A program made the translations under genes and the position numbers. From NCBI GenBank assembly GCA_051439425.1, contig JBFRWD010000020.1, forward strand, positions 1 through 45,875: DNA of 45,875 bases, read 5' to 3'. The notes under the pieces were generated by a model. That model did not search any database, was not told the DNA's origin, and saw nothing but the letters and a program-made list of their open reading frames with translations. Position 1 is the stretch's first letter, and each line of letters begins with the position of its first letter. The stretch comes from Synechococcus sp. GTDB lineage: Bacteria > Cyanobacteriota > Cyanobacteriia > Thermostichales > PCC-7336. Positions 42,682-45,875 of the stretch are shown one piece after another.

Positions 42682-42783
42682 TTTCGTCCTTCGTCTTTTG
42701 TCCTTCGTCATTAGTAGGGAAGCAACACAAACAACCAATGACCCATGACCAATGACCCATGACCCCAGCCCCCATCACCCCCT
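42682..42783. repeat. Heptamer tandem repeats (STRR-like)
   Basis: TTTCGTC-CTTCGTC-TTTTGTC-CTTCGTC at 42682-42709 and CCAATGA-CCCATGA-CCAATGA-CCCATGA at 42735-42762, followed by CCCCA units. Confidence 0.8.
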
Positions 42784-42875
42784 TTAAATACTCAAATCAC
42801 CCAGCATCAAACCCCCAACAATAAACCTGTATTACGATGGAAAGCAAGGAAACTTAACGTTTGGTGGATGGCCTA

Positions 42876-44609
42876 ATGGTTGCAACCGCTCCCGCTGTAA
42901 AGCGTCTCACCGTTCAAACCGAAGAAATCGCCGCCGATACTACAACCCTGCGCAGCCTGGACTGGGATCGCGATCGCTTTGACATCGAATTCGGCCTCCA
43001 AAACGGCACCACCTACAATTCCTTCCTAATTCGCGGCGAGCAAACCGCCCTGGTGGACACCTCCCACGCCAAGTTCCGCCAGCTCTATATGGATCTGCTC
43101 AAAGGCCAGATCGATCCCGCCACCATTGACTACCTGATCGTCAGCCACACCGAACCCGACCACAGCGGTCTTGTTGGCGACATTCTCGAACTCAACCCCG
43201 ACATCACCGTCGTTGCCTCCAAAGTGGCAATGACCTTCCTCGACAACCAAGTCCACCGCCCCTTCACCAAGCGCACCGTCAAAAGCGGCGACACCCTAGA
43301 TTTGGGCAACGGCCACGTCATCCAATTCCTGCTGGCCCCCAACCTGCACTGGCCCGACACCATCTTTAGCTTCGACACCGCCACCGGCGTCCTCTACACT
43401 TGCGACGCCTTTGGCATGCACTATTGCAGCGACCTGGTGTACGACGAAGACCTCAGCGTCATCGAAAAGGACTATCACTTCTATTACGAGTGTTTGATGG
43501 CTCCTAACACCCGCTCGGTCATTAAGGCGCTGAAGGGGCTGGACAAGCTGCAAAAAGAACACGATATCAACATCATCGCTAACGGCCACGGCCCTCTGCT
43601 GCGCTACAACCTGCAGGAGTTGTTGGGTCGCTACCGCACCTGGAGTGCTAACCAAAGTCAGGCTGCCACGACAGTCGCAGTGTTCTACATCTCTGACTAT
43701 GGCTATAGCGATCGCCTTACTCAAGCTATTGCACACGGCATCACCAAAACTGGTGTCGCCGTCGAAATGATGGATCTCAAAGGAGCCGATCCCCAAGAAG
43801 CTTACGAACTGGTGGGTGAAGTGAGTGGCCTTGTCATTGCCATGCCTCCTGCAAGCGGCCCCATGACCGAAGAGATTCAGGCGGCCCTCAGCACTGTGGT
43901 AGCCGCTGCTAGCAATAAACAAGGGTTGGGATTGGTGGAATCCTACGGTGGCGATGACGAACCGATCGATACACTGCTAACCCAGTTCCGCGAAGCCGGT
44001 TTGGATCTCGGTTTCGATCCCATTCGCGTTAAGGACACCCCTACTGAAGCGACCTATCAGCTGTGCGAAGAGTCCGGCACTGACATGGGCCAAAAACTGA
44101 GTGTTAAGAAAAAGACGAAGAAGAAAAAATCAGTCGATAACGGCCTGATTCAAGCCTTGGGTCGTATCAGCAGCGGCCTGTATATCATCACTGCCCAGAA
44201 AGGGGATGTACGCAGCGCTATGTTGGCCTCTTGGATTGCTCAAGCTAGCTTCGAACCGCTAGGCTTCACAGTTGCTGTTGCCAAAGACCGCGCGATTGAA
44301 TCTCTGATGCAAGTGGGAGACACCTTCGTTCTCAACGTGTTGGAAGAAGGGAATCATCTTAAGTTGATGAAGCACTTCCTGAAGCGGTTTGCCCCCGGTG
44401 CCGATCGCTTTGCAGATGTGAACGTGCAGGAGGCTAACAACGGCTCCCCTATCCTCACGGATGCTCTTGCCTACATGGAATGCACCGTCAGTACTCGCAT
44501 GGAAACCAGCGATCATTGGATTGTCTACAGCACCGTCAACGACGGGCGTGTCTCCAAACAAGACTCCCGCACCGCATCCCACCGCCGCAAAGTCGGTAAT
44601 TACTATTAG
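42876..44609 (+). CDS. flv3: Flavodiiron protein (diflavin flavoprotein), canonical di-iron ligands, Flv3-type
   Basis: RSLDWDRDRFDIEFGLQNGTTYNSF, SHTEPDHS, APNLHWPD and CDAFGMH, then flavodoxin and flavin-reductase domains (HRRKVGNYY). Confidence 0.9.
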   Translation: MVATAPAVKRLTVQTEEIAADTTTLRSLDWDRDRFDIEFGLQNGTTYNSFLIRGEQTALVDTSHAKFRQLYMDLLKGQIDPATIDYLIVSHTEPDHSGLVGDILELNPDITVVASKVAMTFLDNQVHRPFTKRTVKSGDTLDLGNGHVIQFLLAPNLHWPDTIFSFDTATGVLYTCDAFGMHYCSDLVYDEDLSVIEKDYHFYYECLMAPNTRSVIKALKGLDKLQKEHDINIIANGHGPLLRYNLQELLGRYRTWSANQSQAATTVAVFYISDYGYSDRLTQAIAHGITKTGVAVEMMDLKGADPQEAYELVGEVSGLVIAMPPASGPMTEEIQAALSTVVAAASNKQGLGLVESYGGDDEPIDTLLTQFREAGLDLGFDPIRVKDTPTEATYQLCEESGTDMGQKLSVKKKTKKKKSVDNGLIQALGRISSGLYIITAQKGDVRSAMLASWIAQASFEPLGFTVAVAKDRAIESLMQVGDTFVLNVLEEGNHLKLMKHFLKRFAPGADRFADVNVQEANNGSPILTDALAYMECTVSTRMETSDHWIVYSTVNDGRVSKQDSRTASHRRKVGNYY

Positions 44610-44705
44610 TCTTCAGGCTGGCTCCGAAGTATTTTGCTCCTTGGCAAAGACTCTGCAGCCCCTCTCAACTCCTTGCACGCCCTCTTCACTCCACAGGAGT
44701 TTGCC

Positions 44706-45875
44706 GTGACCCTTTCCGTGACCAAAAAGCAACGGGACGTTCAGACTCTAGCTTTGCGTCGGGACACGTTCGTACTGCGATCGCGCACTTGGGATCGCCT
44801 TAAATTCGAGATCGAATACGCCCTGCAGAAGGGGACCACCGCAAATTCCTTCCTGATTCAGGGAGATCGCACTGTCCTCATCGATCCCCCTGGCCAGTCG
44901 TTTACCGAGATCTTCTTGGATGCGCTGGGAAATCTGGTGGACTTTGGGGCGATCGGCCACATCATCTTGGGTCACGTCAATCCCAACCGCACCAAAACCC
45001 TCGTGCAAGTTCTAGAGCGCTCGCCAAACGTTGAAGTGATTTGCTCTAACGCTGCTGCCAAGCTTCTGCCCCAGTTGTTCGAGAAAGTTGAATTTACTTC
45101 ACCGGTCAACATCCGTCCTGTTAAGCGTGGCGACACCCTCGATCTGGGGCAGGATCGCATCTTGGAATTTTGTCCCATCCCCACTCCTAAGTGGCCGGGA
45201 GGCATGGCCACCTACGATTGCGGCAGTCGCTGGCTGTTTTCTGATAAATTCTTTGGGGCACACGTCTGTGGCGACCAAGTGTGGGATCAAGAGTGGAAAG
45301 CGTATGAAAGCGATCGCCGCTATTACTACGACAGCTTGATGGCCACCCAGGCCCGCCAAGTGGATAGCAACATGGATCGCTTGGCAGAATATGACGTCAA
45401 AGTCTATGCCCCCAACCACGGCCCCCTCGTCCGCTACGGTGTCACCCCTCTGACCCAGATTTATCGGGAGCTGAATCAGAAGCAATCCACCCAAACTCTG
45501 TCTGCTGCTGTTATCTACGCATCGGCTTACGGCAATACCGCCACAATGGCCCAGGCGATCGCTCGCGGCATCTCCAAGGCGGGAGTAACTGTGGAGCAAA
45601 TCAACTGCGAATTTGCCACCACTGAAGAGATTAAAGGCGTACTGGAAAAGACCTCTGGGTTTATCTTTGGCTCTCCCACTCTGGGGGGGCACGCTCCGAC
45701 TCCCGTGCAAACCGCGCTAGGCACGGCCCTATCGACTGCCAGCAAAGAGCAGTTGGTGGGAGTGTTAGGTTCTTATGGGAGGAGTGGCGAAGAGGTGGAC
45801 ATCATCGCCAACAAATTGCTGGATTCCGGCTATCCGTTTGGGTTTGACAATCTAGCCGTCAAGTTCACTCCAGAC
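44706..45875 (+). CDS. flv1: Flavodiiron protein with non-canonical ligands, Flv1-type (truncated by window end)
   Basis: Absent from the ORF track because there is no stop in the window. GTG at 44706 after AGGAG reads RSRTWDRLKFEIEYALQKGTTANSFLI, GHVNPNR, PTPKWP, DKFFGAH and YASAYGNT. Confidence 0.88.
   Translation, partial: MTLSVTKKQRDVQTLALRRDTFVLRSRTWDRLKFEIEYALQKGTTANSFLIQGDRTVLIDPPGQSFTEIFLDALGNLVDFGAIGHIILGHVNPNRTKTLVQVLERSPNVEVICSNAAAKLLPQLFEKVEFTSPVNIRPVKRGDTLDLGQDRILEFCPIPTPKWPGGMATYDCGSRWLFSDKFFGAHVCGDQVWDQEWKAYESDRRYYYDSLMATQARQVDSNMDRLAEYDVKVYAPNHGPLVRYGVTPLTQIYRELNQKQSTQTLSAAVIYASAYGNTATMAQAIARGISKAGVTVEQINCEFATTEEIKGVLEKTSGFIFGSPTLGGHAPTPVQTALGTALSTASKEQLVGVLGSYGRSGEEVDIIANKLLDSGYPFGFDNLAVKFTPD

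Overview
Cyanobacterial chromosome segment: the HIP1 octamer GCGATCGC is frequent, and gap2, flv3/flv1, a perR-prx pair and a pseudo-orthocaspase are present. Features of the ATP synthase beta subunit suggest an early-branching lineage (inference). About 35 CDSs, mostly housekeeping or stress genes: icd (monomeric type), dcd, atpD, gap2, an arsR-gap3-arsJ arsenate module, leuA, hisC, suhB, perR/prx/trxB-like, ttcA, clpP, flv3 and a truncated flv1. No rRNA, tRNA, CRISPR array, transposase or reverse transcriptase was seen. The most interesting region is 38.4-42.8 kb, where two paralogous TIR + FGE-sulfatase (C-type-lectin fold) genes flank a pentapeptide-repeat gene. One paralog keeps the TIR catalytic Glu, ends in a segment resembling a variable repeat (VR) of a diversity-generating retroelement (DGR), and is followed by a pyrimidine-rich repeat tract and an AGCGC-GAA-GCGCT hairpin. 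It looks like a remote DGR target, but it is split by an in-frame TAG. The other paralog has Glu->Asp and a long acidic linker. Other oddities: a ~110-120 bp MITE-like repeat in 3 copies, atpD with no adjacent epsilon gene, and abrupt local GC-skew flips. All gene calls come from motif recognition by eye; no database search was run.
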